Source: Epiperipatus broadwayi
Lineage: Eukaryota; Animalia; Onychophora
Assembly: GCA_028023455.1 (NCBI GenBank)
Contig: JAQFVV010000006.1
Span: forward strand, 18,476,001 to 18,540,000
Direction: 5' to 3'
Length of the DNA stretch: 64,000 nucleotides
The notes below the pieces were generated by a model. The model made no database searches, was not told the origin of the DNA, and saw nothing but the letters and a program-made list of their open reading frames with translations. Positions 12,989 through 25,969 of the stretch are shown one piece after another. Within the stretch, counting starts at the first letter, position 1. Every line of letters starts with the position of its first letter. Made by a program: the position numbers and the translations under genes.

Positions 12989-13775
12989 CTACAAAATAAT
13001 ATTTATATTTTTATAATTATCAATACAATTAAAAATAAAGTAAAAACATAAAAAATGCATCTATCCCTATCATAAAAAACAATAACATTTTTCTTTCATT
13101 TATCAGTACAGCTTTTTTTTACATATACTACATTATATATACACTACATTTACTTGCTTCTTTTCTCCCCAAACTTTTTTCTTTTTTTTATCTATACATT
13201 TCTCTTTTCCTTTCCTTTTTGTACCTCTTAAGTAACTACTTTAAAACAATATATTTACCTACAAATTTATTCTTTACTTAAAATATATCATTTACATAAT
13301 TTATTCTACTCAGAACAGGTTTATTTCTTTTTATATATAAACTTTCCTTTACCATTCTCTCTCTATATAATCTTACTTTTTCCAACATTCTTATCTTAAA
13401 ATGTATTGTTCAAATTCCTTACTGTGTATATTAAAATTTGAATTTTTATCACTTAAATATTTTGAATAGAATAAGTTTTTTAAATGATATATTTTAAGTA
13501 AAGAATAAATTTGTAGGTAAAAATATTGTTTTAAAGAAATTATTTAAGAGGTATAAAAAGAAAAGGACAAAAGTGGTTTGTCTATAAAAAGAAATGTATA
13601 GATAAAAAAGGAAAAAAGTTTGGGGAGAAAAGAAGCAAGTAAGTGTAGTGTATATATAATGTACTATATGTAAAAAAAGATGTATTGGTAAATGAAATGA
13701 AAATGTTATTGTTTTTTTATGATAGGGATAAATGCATTTGTTTTTATTTTATTTTTAATTGTATTGATAATTATA

Positions 13776-14149
13776 TAATAACTGAAACAAACAAGCTCAT
13801 TATATACCTGTGCCTATATATGTAATATATAGGGTATATGAGTTCAGGGTGGCCTTTCCATCATCAGAATTTCAATTGGATGGAGGGTTGAAGAGTTGGA
13901 GTGTGGAGTAGATTGAAGCCTGTCCATTAAAGTATGAGGATTGACTATCTTAATGTATATCTGAACACTTATAGCATATATGTGTAGAGATGGTAATCTG
14001 GACCAACTGATGATTGCTGGTTTAGCATGAAATACATATATTGGTGATTATTTATCTTTTCAACATATACGTGTTCAAGTGTATCAGTGTTATGAGATAG
14101 TGTGGAGAGTGGTGGATCGTGTGAAAGTTTGTGCTTATATACCCTATAT
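13776..14149 (+). mobile_element. Retrozyme-like family A, copy A1 (HHR 13993-14051)
   Basis: Short inverted 5' piece (13776-13843) then a + strand segment. TSD AT(T/G)GATAATTATA at 13763-13775 and 14150-14162. Core ACCAA CTGATGA TTGCT ggttt AGCAT GAAA TACATATA TTGGT. Confidence 0.85.
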
Positions 14150-15014
14150 ATGGATAATTATAAAGATGTAAATATGTATTTTGTAATTGTCTTCAAATAA
14201 GATGGTCGAAATGCTGGATGTGGTATAGTGATGGAAAAAAAATTTTTGGAAAGAAAAAAAGAGTGTATATATTTTTTGATTGAATTTAGTGGGAAAGAAT
14301 GTTATATTTTATAAGTCATAAATTTTGAAAGAAAAAAAGGTGTTTGCTGTTATTAAAAAGGTTTTAATGGTAGCGATAATAAGTAAAGATAATTGTTAAA
14401 TAATTAGTAAAGACGTGGGATATCATGCTATTATATAATGCCAGCCAAGTGGGGAATTCCAATGACCAAAAAAGTGCATAGGTAATGGATGAGGAATGAC
14501 ATTCATATATGACTATTATCTCATAATAACCAATTAATTAGTACTTGAATCAGAGTAAATCCTACTGTCATGTAGAATAAGATATTGATTTAGCAATGTC
14601 TAGGTACTGTTTCTCACATGAATAGTTACCCTATCTCTTTTCCTTCATTTTCCCTTCTGTTTTTTTTACATTACTGTCTTCAGTCACTTGTTGATATAGG
14701 CTATACTTATCCTAAATCTCATTTTATTTCTTCATTTGTTGTGTTTGCAACTACAATTCTATTCTTTAATTACATACCTAGTCATTCTGTCTCCAATCTT
14801 TTTTTTTCTTAAAAAAATAAGGCTCTTTATAATGAGAAAACAAAGATAGAATCTGATGTATCAGGATAGGAGTTAAAATCTGTGGTCTTAAATGAGGCCG
14901 AGGAATCAATAATATTAGCATTCCTTGAGGACTGGATTTGTGACAAATGTTTTGCTTGGCAAATGATTGTGTATCTAGGAAAACATATTGGGAACTATTT
15001 ACCAACTATGTAAT

Positions 15015-15384
15015 ATAAATATTTGAAAACCAGGCACTCTTCACAAACTTGGGAGCTTATTTGTAAGTATAGAGGATTTGAACTCAGATATTCAAGCACC
15101 CTTCAACTCTCCACACTATCTCATACAACTGATGCACTTGACCACACACATGTAGAAAGGATTAATAATCACCAATATTCGTATTTCATGCTAAAACAGC
15201 ACTCATCAGTTGGTCCAGATTATATATATATGTGTGAGAGATGATAATCTGGTCCAACTGATGAGTGCTGGTTTAGCATGAAAAACGATATTGGTGATTA
15301 TTAATCTTTTCTACATGTGTGTGATAGTTGTATGAGATAGTGTGGATAGTTGAAGGGTATCTGAGTTCAAATCCTCTATACTTA
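15015..15384. mobile_element. Retrozyme-like family A subfamily, copy A2 (inverted pair; HHRs 15165-15223 on - and 15244-15301 on +)
   Basis: Exact 12-bp TSD CAACTATGTAAT at 15003-15014 and 15385-15396. The minus-strand HHR is intact: ATAATC tgg ACCAA CTGATGA GTGCT gtttt AGCAT GAAA T ACGA A T A TTGGT GATTAT. Confidence 0.88.
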
Positions 15385-15547
15385 CAACTATGTAATGATA
15401 GATTTATTTAATTACTTAATAATTTAAAATATAAACTAAATAGTGTATTACTATCTAATATTTTATTTGATTTATATATTAGTTATATTAATACTTTTTT
15501 GGGAAAAAATGTTATATTTTGGAAATTTTTTTTTTTATTTTTTTTAG

Positions 15548-15637
15548 GAAAATATTGATTATGATCTTGCAAGTGCTTTAACATCCTCTCCTGTGCCAAT
15601 GGTTATCCTAATGGACAAACCGTCCCAGCAAAGTCTG
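15548..15637 (+). CDS. Myo18: Myosin-XVIII exon D
   Basis: tttttag|GAA acceptor, CTG|gtaaga donor, 90 bp, phase 0/0. Encodes ENIDYDLASALTSSPVPMVILMDKPSQQSL (MYO18A: ENIELAFDD...DQASHQSL). Confidence 0.88.
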
Positions 15638-17049
15638 GTAAGAGAGATGAATTTTGATTCATACAAATATTAAAAACAAAATTAAAAATTTCAATCAGCG
15701 AAATTTTTTACCAAAAAATAAACTAGTACTTGTTATGAATAATTTTCAAAGCCACACACTTTGAAATATATATAAACCAATCTGGATAGATATCTGTTAC
15801 TTTTATCTTTGGTTGCCAAGCTACATAAAAAAATTGAGGAATTACTTTGTAATATGTATTCACTTCAGTGTATTTCTTGAAATGAATTCTGCAGAAGGAT
15901 CTGTCAATTATTTCATGTAATATGGCACGAAAATAAACTATCTTTCATGCAAGGCAAATGAATTAGATAAAAAGATATATCTGTGTATATATGTTTGAAT
16001 AGTCAATTCATTTGAAAGGTCAGACAAAAGCTGTTAAACCCGAATGGCAGTATACACTTCTAGTATAGGCTGAGCAGTGAAGTAGCTGCTAGATGTAAAT
16101 CAGACATGAAACAAATACATTTATCAATAGCAACTCTGAAAAAAAAATCTGGACAGTGATTACTATAATAATCAACAATAATATTAAAAATGCATTGTAG
16201 AAATAAAAAGTGCAAAAACGGAATATGTGATTTTTGATCTATATGTTATATTATAATTGTAAGAAATTAAATTACTGTTTTAAAACAAGAAATGATTTAT
16301 GAAATGTAATTTATAGCATTTTAATACATAGTCAATTTGAAAATGTAATATTTCATGTTTATTTCTTTTTTATAGCATTTGTTATAGTGTTTATCTGTAG
16401 ATTAGTTTCTTAATCAAAATGGTAATGAAAGATATAATTCATCATTTTTGCATTTATTGATGAATTAGTATATTGGTTTATTTTAATGAAGAAGAAAGTC
16501 CTTTGTCAGTACCATGGTTACTTTTAATGAGTATATAACTATAATTTTACAAACCATTAACCCTGCTGCAAATGAGGTTTTTCAAAGTAATAAAAATCTC
16601 TGGACTGGCAAAATGATTTTTAACTGCAGAGTACCTCTTGTCTCTGTACTTTAATCCCAGCCAAATTTATGATGAGCAGAAGTTCAAATTATAACAAATA
16701 AACACATCAGCAACTAGTAATTTCTAAAAGAAGTTGATCCACCTTTTTTCTATTATATTAAGATTGCTTGAAGTAAAAACGCATAAAGCTAAAAATAATT
16801 AAAAAAATAACTGAGGAATAAAATTTAAAAAATCAATATTTCTTTTTTTTCCTTCTGCAAATGATTATTTTAACTTGATTTTTTTTTTTTTTAATGGCTA
16901 ACTTATCTCTACAAAGAGCTGTAAGGAAAGCAAAGATAAAAATTTATAACCATGATTTCCAATTCTTTAGTTATAGTAATCGTAAATATTGTATTGAGAA
17001 TATAAAAATATACACTGTGAGCATAAGTATATATATTTACATTTAAGTA

Positions 17050-17120
17050 GATCCTCATGGTATAATGGTAACACATTGATCTATCATGATTACAACCTAG
17101 GTTTGAACCCAGGTTTGGTA
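17050..17120 (+). pseudogene. tRNA-derived relic (SINE head or tRNA pseudogene)
   Basis: A-box-like TGGTATAATGG and B-box-like GGTTTGAACCC at tRNA spacing; the cloverleaf is not intact. Confidence 0.45.
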
Positions 17121-18005
17121 AATCTTGACATTTTTTTTTAGATTCCAAACAAGTTTATATCTTTTTCAGGTAGTTAATCCACAACCACTCCACTGTTGAA
17201 CATCATGTTAGAACAAAGTATAAGTATTTGATGACTTCCTTTTTAATTTCTCACCATTGTGTATCCTTTCTGCTTGCTATTTAGTTTGTTAAACAAGAAA
17301 TTTGGAAAAATTTGCTCATTTTTCAATAATAAAATTATATTTTGTATATCTATTTGACTCATAGATGCAGTGGAAACAAATATTTTGTCTTCTAATATAC
17401 AGGACCCAAGAATTCATTTTTTATTTTCATACGACATAGCAGTAATATTATAGATAATTAGCTACAGTTTTTTGCAAGATATTTTGTTTTAAAATTTTTA
17501 CATCTTATTACTATGCTACCTAGGACTCATATTATTATCATTTAGCTTCTAAACTTTATTTAAAATAGTCTATGTAAAACTTACGTTTAAACATGAAAAT
17601 TACTCAACTCCTCACCATTCCTCAATCAGCGAGGCTAATGGTAATAATAAATTTTGAGGGCCAGAAGTAAACAGAACTGGGTGTAAGTGGAAGAACTGCT
17701 CCAAACCACACAGATTAGTCTAATCATAATGCTTTTCTTATTGTTCTTCTGCCAGGAACTTTGGGAGAAGCTTTTGCCTAGTAGTGGGATATGTAAAAGA
17801 TATTTTACTTTTTTTTATTCTTATGATCATTCAAGTATTCCAGTGTCATGTTACTAGAAACTTTTGAAATTTATTTAAGACTTTATTAGATAACTATTTT
17901 AAATAAATAATTACTCTTAAATAGAAATTAATAGGAATATGATATCATTGATTTATTGAGCTTCTATTTTCTTTTGTAAAAGAGGTGTCATCATTATAAC
18001 AGTTA

Positions 18006-19160
18006 CACCACCAAACATCACATGATCACCATTTCTTATGCTTCTCATAACTGTTATTAAAACAGGCAAAACTCTCCATAGAGTAGTGCCATCAAGCCGG
18101 AATAATCAAAGGATGCCAGAATGCTAGTGCATAAAATCCCTATCTAGTGCCTACTCATCCAAAACTCCAGACTAGTTTCTGGCTTGTTGCCTTCATCAGT
18201 GAGGGGCCTTGGATCTGAGAGCAGTGCACCTAGATCTTAAGATCTAATGCAACTCTCCAACAGTCACCTTTTATCTCTACTTAACTACAAAACTATGAGA
18301 ATAAAATTGAAAACACAATATTTTCAATCTAAGCTTATTCGCTTATATAATCATATAGGTCTGGACTCAGTTTAGTATCTATATATTTTGGTATCTTTAG
18401 TTCTTTAATAACCATAGCCACCACTATCCTACTAGGCAGGATTGGTATTGAACCACCAAACATCACATGATCACCATTTCTTATGCTTGCTCCTAACTAT
18501 TATTAAAACAGGCAAAACTCTTCATACAGTAGTGCCACTCAGTGCAAGCCAGAGTACTCAATGGATGCCAGAAGGTGACAAGCCAAAAACTAGTCTGGGG
18601 ATATTGGATGAGTAGGCACTAGATAGGGATTTTATGCACAAGCCTTCTAGCATCCATTGATTACTCCTGCTTGCACTGAGTGGCACTACTGTATGGAGAG
18701 TTTTGCCTGTTTAACAACAGTTATGAGCAAGCATAAGAAATGGTGATCATGTGATGTTTGGTGGTTTAATACTAATCCTGCCTAGTATGATAGTGGTGGC
18801 TATGGTTATTAAAGATCCAAAGACACCAAAATGTATGGATGCTGAACTGAGTTCAGATCTATATGACATAGAGCTTAGATTTAAAATATTATTGTGTTTT
18901 CAATTTTATTCTCATAGTTTTGTAGTTAAGTAGAGATAAAAGGTGGCTGCTGGAGGGTTGCATTAGATCCTAAGATCTAGGTGCAGTGCTCTCAGATCCA
19001 AGGCTCCTCACTGATGAAGGGGACAAACCAAAAACTACTCTGGGGATATTGGATGAGTAGGCAGGCACTAGATGGGGATTTTATGCACAAGTCTTCTGGC
19101 ATCCATTGATTACTCTAGCTTGCTGTGTGTCGCATACATATAGTGAGTTTTGCCTCTTTT
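18006..19160. mobile_element. Retrozyme-like family B insertion (445-nt monomer; about 1.3 units on - then 1.3 units on +)
   Basis: Exact 15-bp TSD TCATTATAACAGTTA at 17991-18005 and 19161-19175. Period is 445 on both strands (18007 vs 18452; 18600 vs 19045). Confidence 0.9.
18159..18212 (-). ncRNA. Type-I hammerhead ribozyme of family B
   Basis: CCAA ggcc CCTCA CTGATGA A GGC aacaa GCC A GAAA CTAG T C TGGAG...TTGG. Palindromic ACTAGT stem III, GUC site. The + strand copies read TGGGG-ata-TTGG, completing a bulged stem I. Confidence 0.75.
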
Positions 19161-22100
19161 TCATTATAACAGTTAACGTAAGGTAGAGATAGAGAAATCG
19201 TGATATTTAGTACAGGTATTTATTTTAATGGCATAAATAATTGCTATACATTACATTTATGTCTAAGTATTACATTTATAAGGCATTATTTATTGTAGAA
19301 TTGGTATATATTGATTGGTTTTTAATAAATCTTGAATATGCTAAATTTTTATTTTAAGGGTTTGATAGAAAGTAGTAACCAACTAATAAGTTCTATCATT
19401 TAACATTTATTAATTGTTCACATTTGCAATAGGTGGCAGAACTGGAGTAGAAAAAATAAAGTTTATTCCTGAAAAGTATTGTGTAATGGCAGATCATGTA
19501 ACTTTTTTTGTTTTTGTTTTACAATACTCATAGTGAAAGGATAAAGGCATCTAAAATTATTATAAACTGATATCACCAAAATATATAAATATTCAACTGG
19601 TAACAGATCTATATGAATTAAAAAAAAAATAAGTTGGCTTGGATCCAAAACATTATGTTGAGAGCTTGATTCTTTAAAAAAAAAAAAAAGGTAGATTTTG
19701 GATGAAAGACACATTAGGATTGAAGATTGCATATCTCCAGATTGAAAACTATTAACTAATGAAGGCTTTAAGCCAGAAATCCATCTAAAGATATGGATAG
19801 AACATATAAGCATTATCACCTGTGGATTACTTAAACTTACAATAAAAGACAGAAGAGTAGAAATTTTGCTTTTGTAAGAGCTGTTGTCATTTGACTTAAT
19901 TCTATAGCCAGATGTCATTGTTTAGTAATATTTCATTTAAAGATCCTATTTAGAAGGATAATCAGAATATTAATTTACAAATGTATGAAAATGAATATTT
20001 TAAATATGTAGAAATGTATGCTAATGCTAGAAGGAAATTAGTGTTGTTTGATGCAAGGATAGATCTGGATACATGATATTTATAAAGGAGACAAAAAGGG
20101 AATACAAATTTAAGACTGGAATTAGGAAATAGATGTATTAGAATCTTTATTTTATGAGTATAGAATGCTGAAAGAGGAGGTGGATAAATTGCAAAAGATT
20201 GGGAGAAATATAAATTTAAAGGAGGCAAAAGAAATGGAGATATTTCCCCCCTGTTTTGTTTAAATATTAATGAGTTAAGGACAATAAGGATAAAATAGTG
20301 GAACTAATAAAACAGTATTTATTAAAATGGGATAGAAAAAAAAGTGTCAATGCCATGAGGATAATTTAGTGGCTACAAGAAGGGGATGAAAGTGGCTGCT
20401 GGATGAAAAATGCTTTAGGTATGAAAGATCCAGGAAGATGTAGATAGGGTTACTATGATATATAACATTTTTTGTGGAAGAGGATGTTTAACGGGACTAA
20501 CCTATGGTCTCTGAGTTTATATATGTTCTATGAATAAAAGTGTCTATCTTTAAAAGCAATTTTATGATATATCATCAGTTTTCACCTTAATATGTTCCAT
20601 TTTCAAAAGTAAGATAAATACTCAGGAAAGTCTTAATTTCTATATTATTTTTATGAAATATGGTTTTAAATATTGATTCTTATTTTTTTAAAATGATGCT
20701 GTACTTAGTTAGAATTTAAAAAAGTATGGAAAAAACATGATTTAAATTATGAAAAAGATAAATAAAATGTTATTGGATTCAAAATCAGACATAAGTTTAT
20801 GATGTTATTTTTAGAATAAAGAATTTGAAGTGAAGGGATATTAATTTTATTCAAAGCATAATTTGGTAAATAAAGCAATATTAAAATGGACTTAAAAAAA
20901 TAAATAAATTGAATCATTATTATAGAAAGCATACAAACTATAGATATATAGCTGAGCAGGAATTCTATAATGAAAAAAGAGAATTTGCAAAGGATGTATA
21001 GAAATTGTTTGTGCACGTGTGTGTATCTGTCTGTACGGTCTATTAGCCAGAGATAAGCACTACGTTCAAAAGATAACATTTGGTTATAGTTGATTATTCT
21101 TTACAATGTTTTTCATTTATCTTTCTTTTCATATATATGTATGTGAATCAGAGTATTGAAACACTAATAAAATATTAAATGATATATAAAATGCCAAATG
21201 ACGGTCTTCAGGACTGGTTTTAAATAAAGAGGAGATGCCGTAGAAGTCCATCTCTTGCCACTAGTAATAAAACTACATCATATATAATTGTACACATTTT
21301 GCAGTCAATACATTTAATTAATCCACATTAACCTCAGATCATATTCCTGTAACTAAAATAGTTTGTCAGATATTACTCAAATGCTAGTTGGGCTGTGGGC
21401 TTTTCCTGAAAGAAAAATCCTATGATTGTTTGTGACTTTGAAAGTTCCAAAGACAGAAGCATAACTACAGGATCCCTTCAGCATCATTAATCTTAAGCAA
21501 TATATTTTTTCTTTTATAACTTTAAGAGATGAAATTACAAGTTTGCTGATCATTAATATAATAAATTGTATAATTGATTGTAGGTATATATAAAATGAAA
21601 ATGTTTTATTTTTAGACTAATACTTAATCTAGAGTATAGTAAAAAAAAAAGTATTATTCTATATATTTGGTCTTTTCTGAAATAAACAGATTTTTATAAT
21701 TTAAAAAAAACAACAACAATCAATTTGGTATTAGATTAAGTAGATCTAGTGTTTTCTATTATTAATTATAACATGTTCAAATATGGATGATTGCTTAGGT
21801 CAATTAAATTTGATTTATCAGAAAAATGGGGAGCGAAGAAAAGTAAATTATATTCCTACATTACTGTAAATAATAAGATGAAATAATTATAAAAAGATAA
21901 ATCATTTTTAAAATATTCAATATCAGTCTGCTAATAATAGAAGGATAAAGAATTTTAGAAGTATAATACTTTGAAGTTTTGTATCTGTAATTTAAAAATA
22001 GTGGAACAATTTGACTTAACATGAACGAAGTATCAACAGCTCTTAAATATAAGCCCTTTTAAAGATTGGCGCATTTTAAAAAACTAAAGTTTGATTGATG

Positions 22101-25100
22101 TATGGCTATATGTATTTATATGCACACACAGTCAAATATTGCAAATAAATTTATTTGTTTTTCATCATCATAGCTCAGAAATCTTGTTTTTAAAGAACTT
22201 TAAACATAAATTCGAATCGAGTAATCTCTTTTTTTTTCCACTCTAAAAATACGTCAGTTCTTTTATGCAGTTTGTTTATATTTAAATTTGATAATTTATT
22301 AATTAGATAGAGCATTCATTCTTATTTTTGTTATTGATGCTTACTTTACCTAAAATAATAAATTGTATATATTTTTATATTTCTTATGGGGTTTTTATTG
22401 CACTATTTTCCAACCATGAAGTATTTATAGAATTACTAGTCAGCAATTTTTCTTTGAAAATTTTATTAGTTCCGAATTCTCATTTCATCTTCTATCATTT
22501 TTTTCAGTAAACTCTAAGAAGAGAAATAGCTTGTAGCTGCCATAAAATTCAAGTTATAGCTCTGATAATGGCCATCTAGAGTCTATTAAAGCAGGCAGAC
22601 CAGTAATAGAGCTGAGAGTTTGCAGAGCAGTCATTTACTGTCCAGTGTTTACTGTTCCCAGATCTCTTTAAGTTCCTAGGCCCCTTTAAATCACTCGTGC
22701 TTTTACGTGTCATGATTAATGTCAAGCGCTATTTCTTTCAATATAAAAATTAAGCATAAAAAACTTAGTAGAAATTTATTTCGTTATAGTTGCTATTTAA
22801 ATATTTTACTGCTCAAACAATGTAATTACAAAAAAAAAAAATACCAGCGACATTAGTTTAAATTAAATTGCGTTTACTTTTGCCTCCCCATCCCCACACA
22901 CACTTAGTGTATTTTCATATATATATATGTGGAGTAAAGATAACCCATCTTTTGTATGGCTCAAGGTAAGTCAACAGTGGAAGTGAAGGCATAACTTGGG
23001 AGAGTTTCTAACTCCTAAATGATGAGAAGTTGGGAATTTTTTTTTTTTTAATCTTTGTTTTATTTTGTAATTAAGAATAGCTAGAGGATAAAACAAAATG
23101 GAGATATTCATTTACTGCCCAATTTTGGATGGTTAGCTGGGTTGGATTCGAAACTATTTGCAAACATACTGAGCTTGCTTTAAATTTTCAACATCATTCT
23201 AAAAAAATTGTAAATGTTTCATTTGAAATATTTTGATTTAGGCATATATCTGATCAATTTCGGATAGTTAGCTGAATTGTATATGGGCCACATAATAAGC
23301 ATGCTTGGCAAACTCTCATCTATCTTAAATTTTCAGCTTCAGTCTGTAAGTGCTGCTGTTTCATTTAAAATATTTTGATGTAGCAACATGTCTTCAAACA
23401 CAAAGATCAGAATTATTCAAACGATATTCCGTGTGGTTCTTTATAGATGTTAATATTGTATATTTGAAAAAAATAGGAAAATCAGTAAAGCTTTTAAACT
23501 ATGATGTTGTTAAAGAATTCTGGGAAATTAACAGACAACAAGGAAAAAGAACAAGTGGCATCTAGATTACATCACTTTTATTTGTAGTGCAAATGCCGCT
23601 AATTAATGTGATTCTACTATATAAAAGCATGTGTGTGTGTGCATAGTCTTGTATATTAAAACAACATCTTATTCTCATGTAGTATAATATGCACACTCTC
23701 ACATAAGGTAATCTTCCTTTTATTAAAGATTTATGAAAATCATTATATTATAGTTCTAAGTAAGCTGGAATAATCAAAAATCATTTTTGTAGTAATGCCA
23801 CAGAGTTCCCTAGTATATTTTATTTACTCAAGTTATAGCTATGAATGCAAGTTGACTTAAACAAAAGTATTAGGATATTTAATCTTCATTCATTATTTTG
23901 GATTGTATAAAGCAAATTCAGATGGCTATTGGACATATGAATGATGACCAGTAGCCAATATTTAGAAGTCACTCATCATCATTTTCAAACATCTTTTACA
24001 TAAAATGAATCTCCAACTTTAATTCAGATTCTCTCATTCTTCACCTATCTCAGCATAAAACTTTAATTGACCATCTATGATTATCTCTTCTAGCAAATGT
24101 CCAGCCCAACTTTATTTTAGTTTCTTAATTTTTGCAATGATAACTTCATTTTCTCACCCATAATACTTCTCTCATACTTCATTGATTAGTTTGATATCTG
24201 TGATTGTCTCTTAAGTTTTCAAGTTTCAGATCCATAAGTAAGTATTTGTAAAACACATATATGAAAAGTCTTTCATTTCCAGTATAATAGCTATATTTTC
24301 TTTTATCACTGTGTTATTTTTACCAAAAGTGTTCTTTCCAAATTTAATTTTGTGATTAATTTCATCAATTATGTTTCTCTCTGTATTAATAATCAGCTGT
24401 AGATATTTTTATTTGTTAACCATCTCTACAATATAATGCTAAAGCTTACATTAAAAGACTCTGGAGTGGAATAAAGAGTATTTGACCATTTCCAATTTAG
24501 ATATATATTTTTTTAAGCAGAAACTTGTTTAGTTACAAATAGAACTTAAGGCAGCAACTAAAAATTGATTTCTGTTTAGTTGAAAGTTTATATTGTCACA
24601 GGATTGGGGGGGGGGGGGTAGATTAAATGTAAAATTTACAAAAAGTATATTATAAATATTAAAGTAAGATGTTATTAAATAAATGTTAAATATCTAAATA
24701 TATAATAAGAGAGTCTGAGATCTCTGTGAAATCAGCCAGCTAGATCATTTAGATCAGAAGAGATCAGTTAATTCCTTAAAGCAACTATAATTAACTATAC
24801 ATCAACCAGCATTATCAATTACAAAGTAAGTATAAGTAATAATGAAACTACACCAACAATCAATCTTGTGACTGGATTGGAAATGGGTCTTCTGTAGACC
24901 AGGCTAACTATTGAGTTTTTGCCAGCTTGGGCAATTATTTGAACATTAATTTGGATGCACAATCTTAAGTACTCATCCATCAGAATATGTAATAATCAAA
25001 ATCTAAACAATAATGCTGGGATATTAAAACATGCTGATCATCATCAGTGCTCTGGCCACTTAGACCAATAATGTACTGGCCAACTAGAAACTTAATTTCT

Positions 25101-25969
25101 AATGAGACTAAACTAAAATAAAATATGCATGGTCTTTAAAGAATATATTCTTAGCACCAACCAAGATATATCAATCATCATTATAACCATCATCATCTGG
25201 GTGCCCATAAGCACTAATATACCCCCATATATATATCAATCATTACACACAAATCTAGTTCAGAAGAATACTAGCTCTATAACTGTTATGGTGACCAAGA
25301 GATAATGATGCAATATAATTTTAACAATTGAATAAGTTTATTAATAAAAAAAAATAAATGAAATTGAGGTCTCTACAATATGGCTATATATATAAATTAA
25401 GTCTTCTGATTTTGATTAATATACCATAATAAAATTATCGCATTTGTGATTTACAAAATTACCCAATTCAAGTTGCTACTACAGTTTACAATATCTCTTA
25501 ATGGGTTCACATATATAATTTACACAGACATGTGATACATTGGTTTACAATGAATACATTTGAATTGTCAAAAATGATTAAAATTTATATATAAGTCCTA
25601 TTTGGCGCTCACTGATATATATATACAGACATGTGATGTGGCATAATAATTTCTGAATATCTTTGAATTATTATATAAAATACAATAAATGATTAAAATT
25701 AACTTATATATGTTATTTAATTCAATTTATTACATTGTGGTTTTCAATACTTTTTAATGGGTTCATTTACAACACACATATATATAATCTGTGCACATAT
25801 GTGTAGTGCAACAATTGATTAATTATATAAATGAACTTCATTTTCTATCATATTTCAATAACATATTTAACATACATGTGTGTGCATATTAATTTGCAGA
25901 CACACAAAAGTTTACATCATATATTTCATTTTTGTCAAAATAAAATTATTAATTTTATAATACATAATT

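Larger units (their letters stand above)
12836..14387. mobile_element. Penelope-like element 3' end/pLTR as a large inverted repeat, interrupted by retrozyme copy A1
   Basis: Arms about 12840-13312 (-) and 13463-14310 (+). Minus strand reads KII*REN...IYKRNKPVLSR (PLE GIY-YIG tail). Putative 15-bp TSD GATAATT(A/G)TTAAATA at 12821-12835 and 14388-14402. Confidence 0.7.

Noticed and set aside
15363-15374. B-box-like GAGTTCAAATCC in the A2 subfamily as a Pol III promoter
   Set aside because: No convincing A box, and the segment is absent from the other family A copies.
17050-17120. Functional tRNA gene
   Set aside because: Acceptor and anticodon stems do not pair and the B box carries a C>T change; treated as a relic.
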